Source: an uncultured Collinsella sp.
GTDB taxonomy: Bacteria > Actinomycetota > Coriobacteriia > Coriobacteriales > Coriobacteriaceae
DNA length: 35,283 bases
Assembly: GCA_900762405.1 (NCBI GenBank)
Contig: CAAFGI010000068.1
Coordinates: 1 to 35,283, forward strand
Reading direction: 5' to 3'
Shown here: positions 1-10,308 of the stretch, piece by piece
Layout: each line of letters starts with the position of its first letter
How positions within the stretch are numbered: position 1 is the stretch's first letter
The notes under the pieces: generated by a model
Told to the model about the DNA's origin: nothing
Database searches by the model: none
What the model saw: only the letters and a program-made list of their open reading frames with translations
Translations under genes and position numbers: made by a program

Positions 1-3
1 CGA

Positions 4-1032
4 CTACAGGTCGATGTGCGATTCCTTGATCGGGAACGGCTCCGCGAAGTGACAGGCGCAGCAGTGACCCGGGGCAACTTCCTTAAACTCGGGAAGTTTC
101 TCGGAGCAGATGCCCTGAGCGATCGGGCAGCGCGTGTGGAAACGGCAGCCGGTCGGCGGATCCAGCGGCGACGGCGGATCGCCAGCGAGGATGATACGCT
201 TGCGGGTCTTCTGGATATCCGGATCGGGCACCGGCACAGCAGACAGCAGTGACTGCGTGTACGGGTGGTGCGGCTCACTATAGAGCGTCTTCCAGTCCGA
301 AACCTCGACCATCTTGCCCAGGTACATAACGGCAACGCGATCGGAGATGTGCTGCACGACGGAGAGGTCGTGAGCAATGAAGAGATAAGCAGTACCGAAC
401 TTATCCTGAAGCTCCTTCAGCAGGTTCAAAACCTGGGCCTGAATGGAAACGTCAAGTGCAGAGACAGGCTCGTCGCAGATGATCAGCTTGGGCTTCAGAG
501 CGAACGCGCGGGCAATGCCGACACGCTGACGCTGACCGCCGGAGAACTCGTGCGGATAGCGGTTGATGTGCTCGGGGTTCAGACCGACGACGTCCAGCAG
601 CTCGCGGACACGCTCAATACGCTCCTCCTTGGTGCCCACGCCGTGAATGGTCATGGGCTCGGAGACGATCTCGCCGATGGTCATACGAGGGTTGAGCGAA
701 GCATAGGGATCCTGGAAGATAAACTGCATCTCGCGACGCATGTCCTTGATCTCATGCTTGCTCATCTCGGCAACATCTTTGCCCTGGAAGAACACCTTAC
801 CGGCGGTCGGCTTGGTCAAGCGCATGATGGTGCGACCCGTCGTGGACTTACCGCAACCAGACTCACCAACCAGACCAAAGGTCTCGCCAGGATAAATCTC
901 AAAAGAGATGTCATTTACAGCAGAGACGACACGCTTGGAAAAACGCTTGGCGAACATGCCGGACTCAGCGGGGAACTCCTTAGAGAGGTGCTCGACCTTC
1001 AGCAACGGAGTACGCTCGTTGGTATCTGCCAT
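4..1032 (-). CDS. oppF: Oligopeptide/dipeptide ABC transporter ATP-binding subunit
   Basis: Walker A GESGCGKS, signature FSGGQRQR, Walker B ICDEP, C-terminal GCRFHTRCP domain. Its start overlaps the oppD stop (TAATG). Confidence 0.93.
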   Translation of the reverse strand: MADTNERTPLLKVEHLSKEFPAESGMFAKRFSKRVVSAVNDISFEIYPGETFGLVGESGCGKSTTGRTIMRLTKPTAGKVFFQGKDVAEMSKHEIKDMRREMQFIFQDPYASLNPRMTIGEIVSEPMTIHGVGTKEERIERVRELLDVVGLNPEHINRYPHEFSGGQRQRVGIARAFALKPKLIICDEPVSALDVSIQAQVLNLLKELQDKFGTAYLFIAHDLSVVQHISDRVAVMYLGKMVEVSDWKTLYSEPHHPYTQSLLSAVPVPDPDIQKTRKRIILAGDPPSPLDPPTGCRFHTRCPIAQGICSEKLPEFKEVAPGHCCACHFAEPFPIKESHIDL

Positions 1033-2123
1033 TACGCCTCGCCTCCCTTCTTGGAATCCTTGCGCGTACGGGACGTCTCAGGAGCGTTCTTGAGAAACTC
1101 AGGGTCACCGGAGTAGTGGCACGCAGAGTAATGACCAGACTCGGTGACAACGCGCTCGGGGCGCTGCTTGCGGCACTTATCGGTCGCATAGGGACAACGA
1201 GGCGAGAACACGCAGCCCTCGGGCAGGTTCATGAGCGAAGGCGGGTTGCCGTGAATCGGCGTAAGCGGCTTCTTCTCTTCGATGGCCTGCTCCGGGATGG
1301 AGCGGATAAGCCCCCAGGTGTAGGGGTGGCGGCTCTCGTAGAAGATTTCCTCAGCAGTACCGAACTCGACGGGACGGCCGGCGTACATAACCATGATCTT
1401 GTCGGCCATGTCGGCGACGACGCCCAGGTCATGGGTAATCATGATGATGGCGTTGCCGTTCTTCTCCTGCATTTCCTGCATAAGCTCAATAATCTGAGCC
1501 TGAATGGTAACGTCCAGGGCAGTCGTGGGCTCGTCGGCAATCAGAATATCGGGATCGCAGGCAAGAGCCATGGCAATCATGACGCGCTGACGCATACCGC
1601 CAGAGAACTGGTGCGGATACTCGTTGACGCGCTTCTCGGGCTCGGGAATACCAACGAGGTCCAAAAGCTCGGTGGCGCGCTTGAGCGCCTCCTGCTTGGA
1701 GTAACCACGGTGCAGACGAAGGCCCTCGCCCACCTGCTTGCCGATCTTATAGACTGGGTTCAAGGAGGTCATGGGGTCCTGGAAGATCATCGCGATATCG
1801 TTGCCGCGAATGTGCTGCATCTCTTCCTCGGTCATCTCGAGGATAGAACGACCGCGATAGCGAACGTCACCGCCCTCGATCTTTCCCGGAGGCATCGAGA
1901 TAAGGCCCATGATGGTCATGGCAGTCACGGACTTACCAGAGCCGGACTCACCGACGACACCAAGGGTCTCGCCACGATCGAGCGTGTAGGACACACCATC
2001 GACAGCGCGAACGACGCCATCCTCGGTGTGGAAATACATCTTAAGGTCATCGACCTCGAGCAGATGCTGGCCCTCGGGAACCGGCTGGTCCTTCAGGTCC
2101 ACATAGTTCTTGTTCTTCTTCAT
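1032..2123 (-). CDS. oppD: Oligopeptide/dipeptide ABC transporter ATP-binding subunit
   Basis: GESGSGKS, FSGGMRQR, IADEPTTALDVT, C-terminal GCVFSPRCP. Confidence 0.93.
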   Translation of the reverse strand: MKKNKNYVDLKDQPVPEGQHLLEVDDLKMYFHTEDGVVRAVDGVSYTLDRGETLGVVGESGSGKSVTAMTIMGLISMPPGKIEGGDVRYRGRSILEMTEEEMQHIRGNDIAMIFQDPMTSLNPVYKIGKQVGEGLRLHRGYSKQEALKRATELLDLVGIPEPEKRVNEYPHQFSGGMRQRVMIAMALACDPDILIADEPTTALDVTIQAQIIELMQEMQEKNGNAIIMITHDLGVVADMADKIMVMYAGRPVEFGTAEEIFYESRHPYTWGLIRSIPEQAIEEKKPLTPIHGNPPSLMNLPEGCVFSPRCPYATDKCRKQRPERVVTESGHYSACHYSGDPEFLKNAPETSRTRKDSKKGGEA

Positions 2124-2125
2124 CC

Positions 2126-3061
2126 TTATGCGTCCTTCATCTTGACGTCGAGGGCGTCGCGCAGACCGTCACCCAGCAGGGTGAAGGCGAGCACCGTCGA
2201 GAGAATTGCCAGACCGGGCATGATCATCATCCAGGGAGCGGTCAGAAGATACTGCTGACCGTCCTGAATCATGGAGCCCCACGAAGGCGTAGGCGGAATA
2301 ACGCCCATGCCGAGGAAGGACAGAGCGGACTCGGTCAGAATGGCGCCACCAATGTTCATGGTTGCGTAGACCACGATAGAGGCGACGGAGTTCGGGAAGA
2401 TGTGACGCACGACGATACGAGCATCGGATGCACCCATCGCGCGCGCAGCGTCAACATAGTCGTTTTCCTTGACCGTCAAGATTGCAGAGCGGAAGACGCG
2501 CGCAATCGAAGGCCAGCCGAGAATACCGATGGCGATAAAGACGTTCTGAAGACCACGGCCGATAACGGCGATCATGGCGACAACGAACAGCACGTACGGG
2601 AACGCCAGGAAGATGTCCGCACAGCGCATGATGATCGTATCCCAGATGCCGCCGTAGAAACCGGCCAGAGCACCCATGACCAGACCGATCAGCGTGGAGA
2701 TCGCGGTGGCCATAATGCCGACGGACAGCGAAACACGTGCACCGTAGATAACGCGGACGAGAATGTCACGACCTAGGGCGTCGGTGCCAAACGGGTGCTC
2801 GGCACACGGAGCCAGCAGCGACGTCTGAGCCATGGTGGTCGAGTCGGAAGCCGTCGGCGAACCGAGCCAGGGCTTAGCCCACAGATCTGCGGTCAGGGCA
2901 ACCACAACGACGATGATGATCCAGCAGACACCGATAACGGCGAGCTTGTTCTTACGAAGACGCTTAAAAGCGTCGCCCCACAGCGTGCGGGACTTGGCGG
3001 GAGCAGATGCGGCCTTGGTGGCGGTAGCCTGCTCCTGAGACTGAGAATCAGTTTCCTGCAT
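2126..3061 (-). CDS. oppC: Oligopeptide ABC transporter permease
   Basis: HPFGTDALGRD, EAA-like loop YVDAARAMGAS, C-terminal GDGLRDALD. Confidence 0.92.
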   Translation of the reverse strand: MQETDSQSQEQATATKAASAPAKSRTLWGDAFKRLRKNKLAVIGVCWIIIVVVVALTADLWAKPWLGSPTASDSTTMAQTSLLAPCAEHPFGTDALGRDILVRVIYGARVSLSVGIMATAISTLIGLVMGALAGFYGGIWDTIIMRCADIFLAFPYVLFVVAMIAVIGRGLQNVFIAIGILGWPSIARVFRSAILTVKENDYVDAARAMGASDARIVVRHIFPNSVASIVVYATMNIGGAILTESALSFLGMGVIPPTPSWGSMIQDGQQYLLTAPWMMIMPGLAILSTVLAFTLLGDGLRDALDVKMKDA

Positions 3062-3075
3062 GAGACGTACCTCCC

Positions 3076-4113
3076 TTAGGCCTTATCCGACGGACCGCCA
3101 AGGCGGATGCGCGGGTCGAGGAATGCATAGCTAATGTCGACGAGCAGGTTGATCACCATAACGACGACGACGATGAGCGTAACGCCGCCCATAACGATGG
3201 GCCAGTCACGCATGCTAATGGCGCGATAGACCTCATAGCCGATACCGGGCCAGTTAAAGACCGTCTCGGTCAGGATGGCGCCCGAAAGCATGCCACCAAA
3301 GTCGACACCAATATAGGTAACGACGGGGATGAGTGCATTCTTAAGCGCATGCTTGACGATGATCGCGCGATTGGAGAGACCCTTCGCCTTTGCCGTACGG
3401 ATGTAATCCTGGTTCATGACGTCAAGCAGCTGCGAGCGCATAATGCGGGCGGCATAAGCGGTCGAAACCGAAGCCAGCGTAATGGTCGGAAGCACATAGT
3501 GCATCCAATCCTGATACTGAGAGCTGGAACCGCCGGCACCCGAGATCGGCATGGAGAATGCACCGCCCGTGGCGTCCTTGAGAATGACGCCAAAGAACAG
3601 CTGCAGCAACATACCGAGCCAGAAAGCCGGGACGGCAACGAGAATCGACGTGGTGAGCGTTACCAAAATATCCCAGAAGGAATAACGCTTAACCGCCGAA
3701 ATGATACCCGCACCGATACCCATGATTGCCTCGAGCACGATGGCGCACGCGGCGAGTTTGACCGTATACGGATACTTCTGGGCAAAGATTTCCGTAACCG
3801 GCAGCTTGCGCTGATACGAATTGCCCAGATCGCCATGAAGCAGGCCGTTCATGTAATACAAGTAACGGTCTACGAGCGACGTTTGAACGGGGTCGCCGTT
3901 CTCGTCAAGGATCGCGTTGCCGTCCTCGTCCGACTGGACCAGGTGATAGCGAACGCGAAGCTGAAGCTCCACCTCGGGGGACAGAGCCTTGTCTCCACCG
4001 ATCAGCTTGATCGGGTCTCCCGGCACGATATTCTGGAGGGCGAACAGAATCAGCGTAACGCCCAAAAACACCGGGATGAACTGAAGCACACGTTTAACGA
4101 TGTACTTACCCAT
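3076..4113 (-). CDS. oppB: Oligopeptide ABC transporter permease
   Basis: PGDP, GDLGNS, DYIRTAKAKGL, ETVFNWPGIG, LDPRIR motifs. Confidence 0.92.
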   Translation of the reverse strand: MGKYIVKRVLQFIPVFLGVTLILFALQNIVPGDPIKLIGGDKALSPEVELQLRVRYHLVQSDEDGNAILDENGDPVQTSLVDRYLYYMNGLLHGDLGNSYQRKLPVTEIFAQKYPYTVKLAACAIVLEAIMGIGAGIISAVKRYSFWDILVTLTTSILVAVPAFWLGMLLQLFFGVILKDATGGAFSMPISGAGGSSSQYQDWMHYVLPTITLASVSTAYAARIMRSQLLDVMNQDYIRTAKAKGLSNRAIIVKHALKNALIPVVTYIGVDFGGMLSGAILTETVFNWPGIGYEVYRAISMRDWPIVMGGVTLIVVVVMVINLLVDISYAFLDPRIRLGGPSDKA

Positions 4114-4140
4114 ACCACTCCCCTATCTAGGGATTAACCT

Positions 4141-4173
4141 AAATGGGATGCCGATCGCCAGACCGGCATCCCA
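4141..4173 (-). terminator. Intercistronic stem-loop after oppA (weak terminator or mRNA stabiliser)
   Basis: Inverted repeat TGGGATGCCG...CGGCATCCCA (4144-4173) followed by TTT on the minus strand. Confidence 0.55.
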
Positions 4174-4269
4174 AAATTACCATCAGCCAGTTTACCCCAG
4201 GTTAGGGAGAACTGTATGTTTCCCATGAGGTCTACGTAAATACTTGACCCTCACGGAAGCTGCAAACTC

Positions 4270-5946
4270 TTAGGCGAGCTCAGCGGTACCCAGCTCGGCA
4301 TGCTTCTGCGGATCGACATAGAGGTGCTTGATGCGATCGGAGCCGACGATGGTGTGCGTGTAGAACATAATCGGGATGACCGGGCAGTCGGCAGCGACCA
4401 TTGCGTCGGCCTCCTGCATCTTAGCGACGCGCTCCTCGTCGTCAACAATAGTACGAGCCTCGTCGACCTTGGCGTCGAACTCGGGGTTGTTGTAACCAGA
4501 GCGGTTATCGCCACCGAGGGAGTCGGAGTGGAACAGCGGATACAGGAAGTTGTCCATGATCGGGTAGTCGGCAATCCAACCCAGACGACCGAACTGATAG
4601 TTAAAGTTCTGATACTGCTCGAGCAGGGCAGACCACTCAGGGGTATCGGAGACAGCGGTAACGCCAACCTTGGCGAGGTCGCCGATGATGGACTCCATGA
4701 TCTCCTTGTGACCGCCGTCCTGGTTGTAGGAAAGGGTCACGCTAATGCCACGATCCCCGTTAGCGCCAGCGGGAGCAACCTTGTCGAGGTACTCGTTAGC
4801 CTTGTCGACATCGTAGGAGCAGAACTCCCATGCGCCCTCCTTGTAGCCATCGATGCCCGGAGGAACAATGCCGTCGGCAGGGGTACGGGTACCCTTGAAG
4901 ATGGTCTTGCAGATGGCCTCACGGTTAATGGCCAGGGAGATGCCCCTACGCAGGTCGGCGTTGTTGAACGGCTCGGCCGTGGTGTTGCAGGTCAGATAGT
5001 ACGTGGAAGGCTCGGCGCCGAGCAGCATGCGCTCGCCGTCACCCATGGTGTAGCCGTCCTTGGACACGCCGCGATCCTTCTTGGCGGCATCGATCTGAGC
5101 GACGGGAACGTCGCAGACATCGAGGTTACCGGCCTGGAACTCCTTGTAAGCGGTCTCCATGTCCTTGATGACCTGGAAGTGGATGCCATCGATCTTGGCC
5201 TTGTCGCCATAGTAATCGTCGAACTTCTTGACGTTGATCTCCTGGCCATCCTCCCACTTGCCGTCCATCATGAACGGGCCGTTACCGACCGGGGCAAGAT
5301 AGAAGCTCTTGACATCGGACTCGGCGCACTCGGGAACCGGGGCCAGAGCCGGATGAGAGGCGACGAAGGGGAAGTCAGCGTAAGCGGAAGACAGCTTGAC
5401 GACGAGGGTCTCATCGTCGGGGCACGTAACACCGCTGAGCTCGGTAGCGTTACCGGCAAGCAGGTCGTCATAACCCTCGACCATGGAAAGGTGATAGGAG
5501 ACCTCGGAAGGACCGTACTCGGTAGCGATGGCCGACTTGGTGTTGACCAGACGCTCCCAACCGAGCTTGAAGGACTTGGAGGTAACGTCGTCACCGTTGT
5601 GGAACTTGGCCTTCTTGATCTTGAAGGTAAACTCGGTGGCGTCGTCGTTGGACTCAAAGGACTCGCAAGCCAGCGGAACGATCTCGCCCTTCTCGGCGTC
5701 GTAAGAGGTCAGAGCGTCAAAGAGCTGGTACTCGACCTGAGTGCCCTGGTCCTCCTGGACATTGTAGGGGTCGATGCAGACCGGGTTGTTGATGTAGAAG
5801 TTCAGCGTCGAACCGGACTCAGAACCGGAAGCGTCGCCACCCTTCTTGCCACATGCGGCAAGAAAAGCCATGGAGCTCGCAGCAAGGGTGCCGCCAACAA
5901 AGGCGCGACGACCCATAACGGGCTGGTGGAACATAGAATCAGCCAT
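4270..5946 (-). CDS. oppA: Peptide ABC transporter substrate-binding lipoprotein (family 5)
   Basis: RRAF twin-arginine motif plus lipobox LAAC; KFHNG, VGNGPF, WIADY motifs; RBS AAGGAGG. Confidence 0.9.
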   Translation of the reverse strand: MADSMFHQPVMGRRAFVGGTLAASSMAFLAACGKKGGDASGSESGSTLNFYINNPVCIDPYNVQEDQGTQVEYQLFDALTSYDAEKGEIVPLACESFESNDDATEFTFKIKKAKFHNGDDVTSKSFKLGWERLVNTKSAIATEYGPSEVSYHLSMVEGYDDLLAGNATELSGVTCPDDETLVVKLSSAYADFPFVASHPALAPVPECAESDVKSFYLAPVGNGPFMMDGKWEDGQEINVKKFDDYYGDKAKIDGIHFQVIKDMETAYKEFQAGNLDVCDVPVAQIDAAKKDRGVSKDGYTMGDGERMLLGAEPSTYYLTCNTTAEPFNNADLRRGISLAINREAICKTIFKGTRTPADGIVPPGIDGYKEGAWEFCSYDVDKANEYLDKVAPAGANGDRGISVTLSYNQDGGHKEIMESIIGDLAKVGVTAVSDTPEWSALLEQYQNFNYQFGRLGWIADYPIMDNFLYPLFHSDSLGGDNRSGYNNPEFDAKVDEARTIVDDEERVAKMQEADAMVAADCPVIPIMFYTHTIVGSDRIKHLYVDPQKHAELGTAELA

Positions 5947-6187
5947 GCCATCCTCCTTATGAGATAGGACAAAGAAATGTTCAGTCGGATATATGTCGAG
6001 ACAATCCGATCCGAACCATCAAAACGCCGCCCGCTGCTATGGCTGGTTATGCACAACGGACCAACGTTTTGCAATACAGTAGCGCATTTTATGCACGATT
6101 TGGGGCTAATTCCGGTTAACGGTCGAGAATTTCTTTAGTTGGGCGAAGTATGTGGGGATATTTTGACTCTGTTACAAATATGTAAAC

Positions 6188-6214
6188 AAAAAGGGTCCCG
6201 CACATGCGAGACCC
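6188..6214 (-). terminator. Rho-independent terminator of secG
   Basis: Minus strand GGGTCTCGCATGTGCGGGACCC followed by TTTTT. Confidence 0.75.
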
Positions 6215-6239
6215 ATTGCAAACGTATATACGCCGATGC

Positions 6240-6494
6240 TTAGTAGCCGACGATGCCCTGCGGGAAGAAGAACATGCACAGGACGACGCACACGGCAAAA
6301 ACAACAGCCATAATTACCGTCAGGCGGTCGAGGTTCTGCTCCATGACTCCCGTGGCAGAGCTGGAGTTATACAGCGAGCTAGCGATCATATCCGAAACGC
6401 CGGTGCCCTTACCGGAATGCATCAGGACGAGAATCGTCAGCGCCACGGCAGAGACAGCCCAAACGACAAACAGAAGAATCTGGAACGGACCCAT
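6240..6494 (-). CDS. secG: Preprotein translocase subunit SecG
   Basis: Two hydrophobic segments, LMHSGKGTG and EQNLDRLT motifs, RBS AAGGAG, canonical position after the tpiA cluster. Confidence 0.9.
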   Translation of the reverse strand: MGPFQILLFVVWAVSAVALTILVLMHSGKGTGVSDMIASSLYNSSSATGVMEQNLDRLTVIMAVVFAVCVVLCMFFFPQGIVGY

Positions 6495-6598
6495 AGATAA
6501 GCTCCTTAATAGAACAGTTTAAACTCCAGTACTGTACCACAATCCCCCGCTCTCCCCTACCTGCCACTCAAGGACGGGGTGGAAATGGCAGAAATACC

Positions 6599-6633
6599 AA
6601 AAAGGGGGTTGTCCGGTTGTGGACAACCCCCTT
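6599..6633 (-). terminator. Rho-independent terminator of the glycolytic operon
   Basis: 13-bp stem AAGGGGGTTGTCC/GGACAACCCCCTT with a T-run, just after the gpmI stop. Confidence 0.85.
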
Positions 6634-6658
6634 ACTAGAAAACGGTATTTGTTTTCTA

Positions 6659-8212
6659 TTAGGCCTCGGTGGCGAGCACGCGACCCGTCATCTCGGCGGA
6701 AGGCTCAATACCAGCCATGGTGAGCATGGTCGGAGCGATATCGGAAAGACGGCCGTCCTCGATACCGGTGAGCTTGGCCTTCTCATCAACGATGATGAAC
6801 GGAACGCGGTTGGTGGTGTGAGCCGTAAACGGATGCTTGGAACCGTCGGAAGCAACGTCAAACATGTGATCGGCGTTGCCGTGGTCGGCGGTGATCAGCG
6901 CAAAGCCGCCCTTGGCGAGAATCGCCGGGACAACCTTAGACAGGGCATCGTCAACGGCCTCGACGGCCTTAACGGCGGCGTCGAAGACACCGGTGTGACC
7001 AACCATGTCGCAGTTCGCGAAGTTCACGATGTAGAAATCAGCGCGATCCTCGTTGATGGCGGCGACAAGCTTCTCGGTAACCTCGGGAGCGCTCATCTCG
7101 GGCTGCAGATCGTAGGTAGCGACCTTGGGGGAAGCGACGAGCACGCGCTCCTCGCCCTCCTTGGGCTCCTCGATGCCGCCGTTGAGGAAGAACGTCACGT
7201 GGGCGTACTTCTCGGTCTCGGCGGTGTGCAGCTGCTTCAGGCCGTTGGCGGCGATAACGTCGGCCAGGACGTTCTCGGGGAACGTCTTGGGGAAGGCGAC
7301 CTCGACGTCAAACGTCGGATCGTACTCGGTCATCGTCACAAAGTGCGAAAGCTTGATCTGCTCGCGCTCAAAGCCGTCGAACTCCTTGTCCGTGAACACG
7401 CGGGTCATCTGACGAGCGCGGTCGGGACGGAAGTTGAAGAAGATGGCCGCGTCGCCCTCGTGGATGCCCTCGTTGTGGGCAGCGAAGGGCTCGACGAACT
7501 CGTCGCCGCGCGGATCCTTCTCGTAGTAGGCCTTGATACCGGCAACAGGGTCGACATCGGCATCGGACGCGTTGACCATGACGTCGTAGGCGCGCTGGAT
7601 GCGCTCCCAACGATTATCGCGGTCCATGGCCCAATAGCGGCCAGAAACAGTGGCGACGCGAGCGTCGCAACCGGTCTCCTCGGAGATCTTAGCCAGGAAG
7701 GCGCAGAACTCACTCATGTAGCCAGCGCCGGACTGCGGGTCGACGTCGCGGCCATCCATGAAGGCGTGGACGCGAACGGTCTTGACACCGTGCTCAGCAG
7801 CCATCTTGACCAGAGCCTCGACGTGGTTCATGTGGGAGTGAACGCCGCCAGGGCTCATAAGGCCCATGAGGTGAAGAGTCTTGCCGTCAGCCTTGACGTC
7901 GTCCATAGCCTTGACGAAAACCTCGTTCTTGGCGATGGAGCCGTCCTTGATGGCATTGTTGATGCGCGAAAGCTCCTGGAACACGATGCGGCCAGCACCG
8001 ATGTTGAGGTGGCCCACCTCGGAGTTACCCATCTGGCCATCGGGAAGACCCACGTCCTCGCCCGAAGCGCCGAGCGTGGTGTGGGGGTACTTCTCATACA
8101 GGCTGTCAAGGAAGGGCGTCTTGGCGGCAGCGACGGCGTTCTCGCCATCGGCCGGAGCCAGGCCGCAGCCGTCCATGATAATCAGGAGTGCAGGAAGATG
8201 ACGCTGTGCCAT
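6659..8212 (-). CDS. gpmI: 2,3-bisphosphoglycerate-independent phosphoglycerate mutase
   Basis: MGNSEVGH, GRYWAMDRD, ETEKYAHVT, DMVGHTG, TADHGNA motifs. Confidence 0.97.
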   Translation of the reverse strand: MAQRHLPALLIIMDGCGLAPADGENAVAAAKTPFLDSLYEKYPHTTLGASGEDVGLPDGQMGNSEVGHLNIGAGRIVFQELSRINNAIKDGSIAKNEVFVKAMDDVKADGKTLHLMGLMSPGGVHSHMNHVEALVKMAAEHGVKTVRVHAFMDGRDVDPQSGAGYMSEFCAFLAKISEETGCDARVATVSGRYWAMDRDNRWERIQRAYDVMVNASDADVDPVAGIKAYYEKDPRGDEFVEPFAAHNEGIHEGDAAIFFNFRPDRARQMTRVFTDKEFDGFEREQIKLSHFVTMTEYDPTFDVEVAFPKTFPENVLADVIAANGLKQLHTAETEKYAHVTFFLNGGIEEPKEGEERVLVASPKVATYDLQPEMSAPEVTEKLVAAINEDRADFYIVNFANCDMVGHTGVFDAAVKAVEAVDDALSKVVPAILAKGGFALITADHGNADHMFDVASDGSKHPFTAHTTNRVPFIIVDEKAKLTGIEDGRLSDIAPTMLTMAGIEPSAEMTGRVLATEA

Positions 8213-8217
8213 ATGTC

Positions 8218-8985
8218 CTACTCGCCTGCCTTGACGACCATAGAGGCGAAGTCGGCCGCCTTGAGCGAAGCGCCGCCCACGAGGGCGCCGTCAACGTCGG
8301 GCTTGGCGACGAGCTCGGCAATGTTGCCGGGCTTGGCAGAGCCACCATAGAGAACGCGGATGCCGTTAGCGAGCTCCTCGCCGAACATCTCCTTGAGGGT
8401 CTCACGGATAGCGCCGCAGACCTCCTGAGCGTCCTCGGCGGTAGCGGTCTTGCCGGTGCCGATGGCCCAGATGGGCTCGTAGGCGACAACGACCTGCTTG
8501 GGGCAGGTGATCTCAAGACCAGCAAGGCCAGCCTTGACCTGGTTCACGACGTGCTCGACATAGGTGCCAGCCTCGCGGACCTCGAGGGACTCGCCGCAGC
8601 AGAAGACGGGAACAAGACCGGCGGCAACGAGGGCCTTGGCCTTCTTGTTCTGATCCTCATCGGTCTCGTGGAAGTAATCACGACGCTCGGAGTGACCGAT
8701 GATGCAGTAGGTGCAGCCAGCGGACTTGAGCATGTCGCAAGAGGACTCACCGGTGAAGGCACCCTTGGCCTCCCAGTACACGTTCTGTGCACCGAGGGCG
8801 ATGGGGGCAGCCTGAATGCGGTCATGAACCGTGGTGATGTCGATGGTCGGAGGGCAGACGAGCACCTCGACGCCAGCCGGAACCTCGGGCAGAGCCTGAG
8901 CCAGCTCGTCGGCGAGCTTGGCGGCCTCGGCGACGTCGTTGTTCATCTTCCAGTTACCAGCGATAAGAAGGGTGCGATTAGGCAT
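8218..8985 (-). CDS. tpiA: Triosephosphate isomerase
   Basis: AGNWKM, IGHSERR, AYEPIWAIGTG, LVGGASL. Start set at MPNRT (8985), overlapping the pgk stop. Confidence 0.97.
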   Translation of the reverse strand: MPNRTLLIAGNWKMNNDVAEAAKLADELAQALPEVPAGVEVLVCPPTIDITTVHDRIQAAPIALGAQNVYWEAKGAFTGESSCDMLKSAGCTYCIIGHSERRDYFHETDEDQNKKAKALVAAGLVPVFCCGESLEVREAGTYVEHVVNQVKAGLAGLEITCPKQVVVAYEPIWAIGTGKTATAEDAQEVCGAIRETLKEMFGEELANGIRVLYGGSAKPGNIAELVAKPDVDGALVGGASLKAADFASMVVKAGE

Positions 8986-10168
8986 CGAGAAGCGCCTCCA
9001 CTCCGGGCAGGGCCTTACCCTCGACGAGCTCCATGGAAGCGCCACCACCGGTGGAGATCCAGCTCATCTTGTCGGCCAGGTTGAACTTGTTGACAGCTGC
9101 GACAGAGTCGCCACCGCCGATGATCGAGGTGCAGTCGGCCTCGGCGACAGCCTCGGCGATAGCCTGGGTGCCGTGAGCGAAGTTGTCGAACTCGAAGACG
9201 CCCATGGGGCCGTTCCAGAACACGGTCTTGGCGCCCTTGACGGCCTCGGCGTAAAGCTCCTCGGTCTTGGGGCCGATGTCCATGCCCTCACGATCGTCGG
9301 GGATAGCGTCGGAAGCGACAACCTCGGGAACAGCGTCCTCGCCAAAGTGATCGGCAACGCGGTTGTCGATGGGGAGCAGGATCTTGACGCCCTTCTCCTC
9401 GGCCTTCTTGAGCATCTCGCCAGCGCGCTCGACCCAGTCCTCTTCCTTGAGGGACTGACCGACGGTCAGGCCCTGAGCCAGGAAGAAGGTGTAGGCCATG
9501 CCGCCACCGATGATCAGGGTGTCAGCGGAGTCGATGAGGTGATCGAGAACGCCGATCTTGGAGGAAACCTTGGAACCGCCGACGATAGCGACGAAGGGGC
9601 GCTCGGGCTCGGCGAAGATGCCGGTCAGCGTGTCGACCTCCTTCTCAAGCAGGAAGCCAGCGACGGCAGGCAGGTAAGCGGCGGGGCCCACGACGGAACC
9701 CTGGGCGCGGTGGGCGGTGCCGAAGGCATCGAGAACGAAGACGTCACCATAGGAAGCGAGCTTCTTGGCGATCTCGGGATCGTTCTTCTTCTCACGCTTA
9801 TCGAAGCGGACGTTCTCGAGAACGAGAACCTTGCCCGGCTCGACGGCAGCGACAGCCTCGGCAGCCTTCTCGCCGTAAGTGTCGGCGACAAAGGCAACGT
9901 CGAGACCAGAGAGCTCGGCGAGCTTCTTGGCGACGGGCTCGAGGGACAGCTCGGGCTGGAAGCCGGTGCCATCGGGACGGCCGAGGTGGCTCATGAGGAT
10001 GACGCGAGCGTTGTGCTCAACGAGATAGTTGATGGTGGGCAGGGCAGCCTTGATACGGGTGGTGTCGCCAACGACGCCATCCTTGATAGGCACGTTGAAG
10101 TCAACGCGGACGAGAACGCGCTTGCCGTCGACATCGATGTCGCGGACGGTCTTCTTGGTAAAGGCCAT
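8978..10168 (-). CDS. pgk: Phosphoglycerate kinase
   Basis: RVDFNVP, SHLGRP, FGTAHR, WNGPMGVFE, ISTGGGAS. Start at MAFTKK after RBS GAAAGG. Confidence 0.97.
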   Translation of the reverse strand: MAFTKKTVRDIDVDGKRVLVRVDFNVPIKDGVVGDTTRIKAALPTINYLVEHNARVILMSHLGRPDGTGFQPELSLEPVAKKLAELSGLDVAFVADTYGEKAAEAVAAVEPGKVLVLENVRFDKREKKNDPEIAKKLASYGDVFVLDAFGTAHRAQGSVVGPAAYLPAVAGFLLEKEVDTLTGIFAEPERPFVAIVGGSKVSSKIGVLDHLIDSADTLIIGGGMAYTFFLAQGLTVGQSLKEEDWVERAGEMLKKAEEKGVKILLPIDNRVADHFGEDAVPEVVASDAIPDDREGMDIGPKTEELYAEAVKGAKTVFWNGPMGVFEFDNFAHGTQAIAEAVAEADCTSIIGGGDSVAAVNKFNLADKMSWISTGGGASMELVEGKALPGVEALLDA

Positions 10169-10224
10169 GTTTGCTTCTACCTTTCGTACGTGTCTGCCTC
10201 CCATTACGGCAGACGATTTCCTAT

Positions 10225-10271
10225 AAAAAGGGCGCGACCCTAGGGTGTAAGCCCTATGAGGCCGCGCCCTT
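10225..10271 (-). terminator. Intercistronic terminator/stem-loop between gap and pgk
   Basis: AAGGGCGCG...CGCGCCCTT stem followed by a T-run on the minus strand. Confidence 0.65.
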
Positions 10272-10308
10272 CTTTAGACGCTCAACGAGCTATTCGCTAA
10301 AAGCTAAA

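Noticed and set aside
5947..6239. Riboswitch or tRNA in the oppA-secG gap
   Set aside because: No recognisable T-box, riboswitch or cloverleaf; only the secG terminator and a weak TTACA-N4-TGTAA palindrome are visible.
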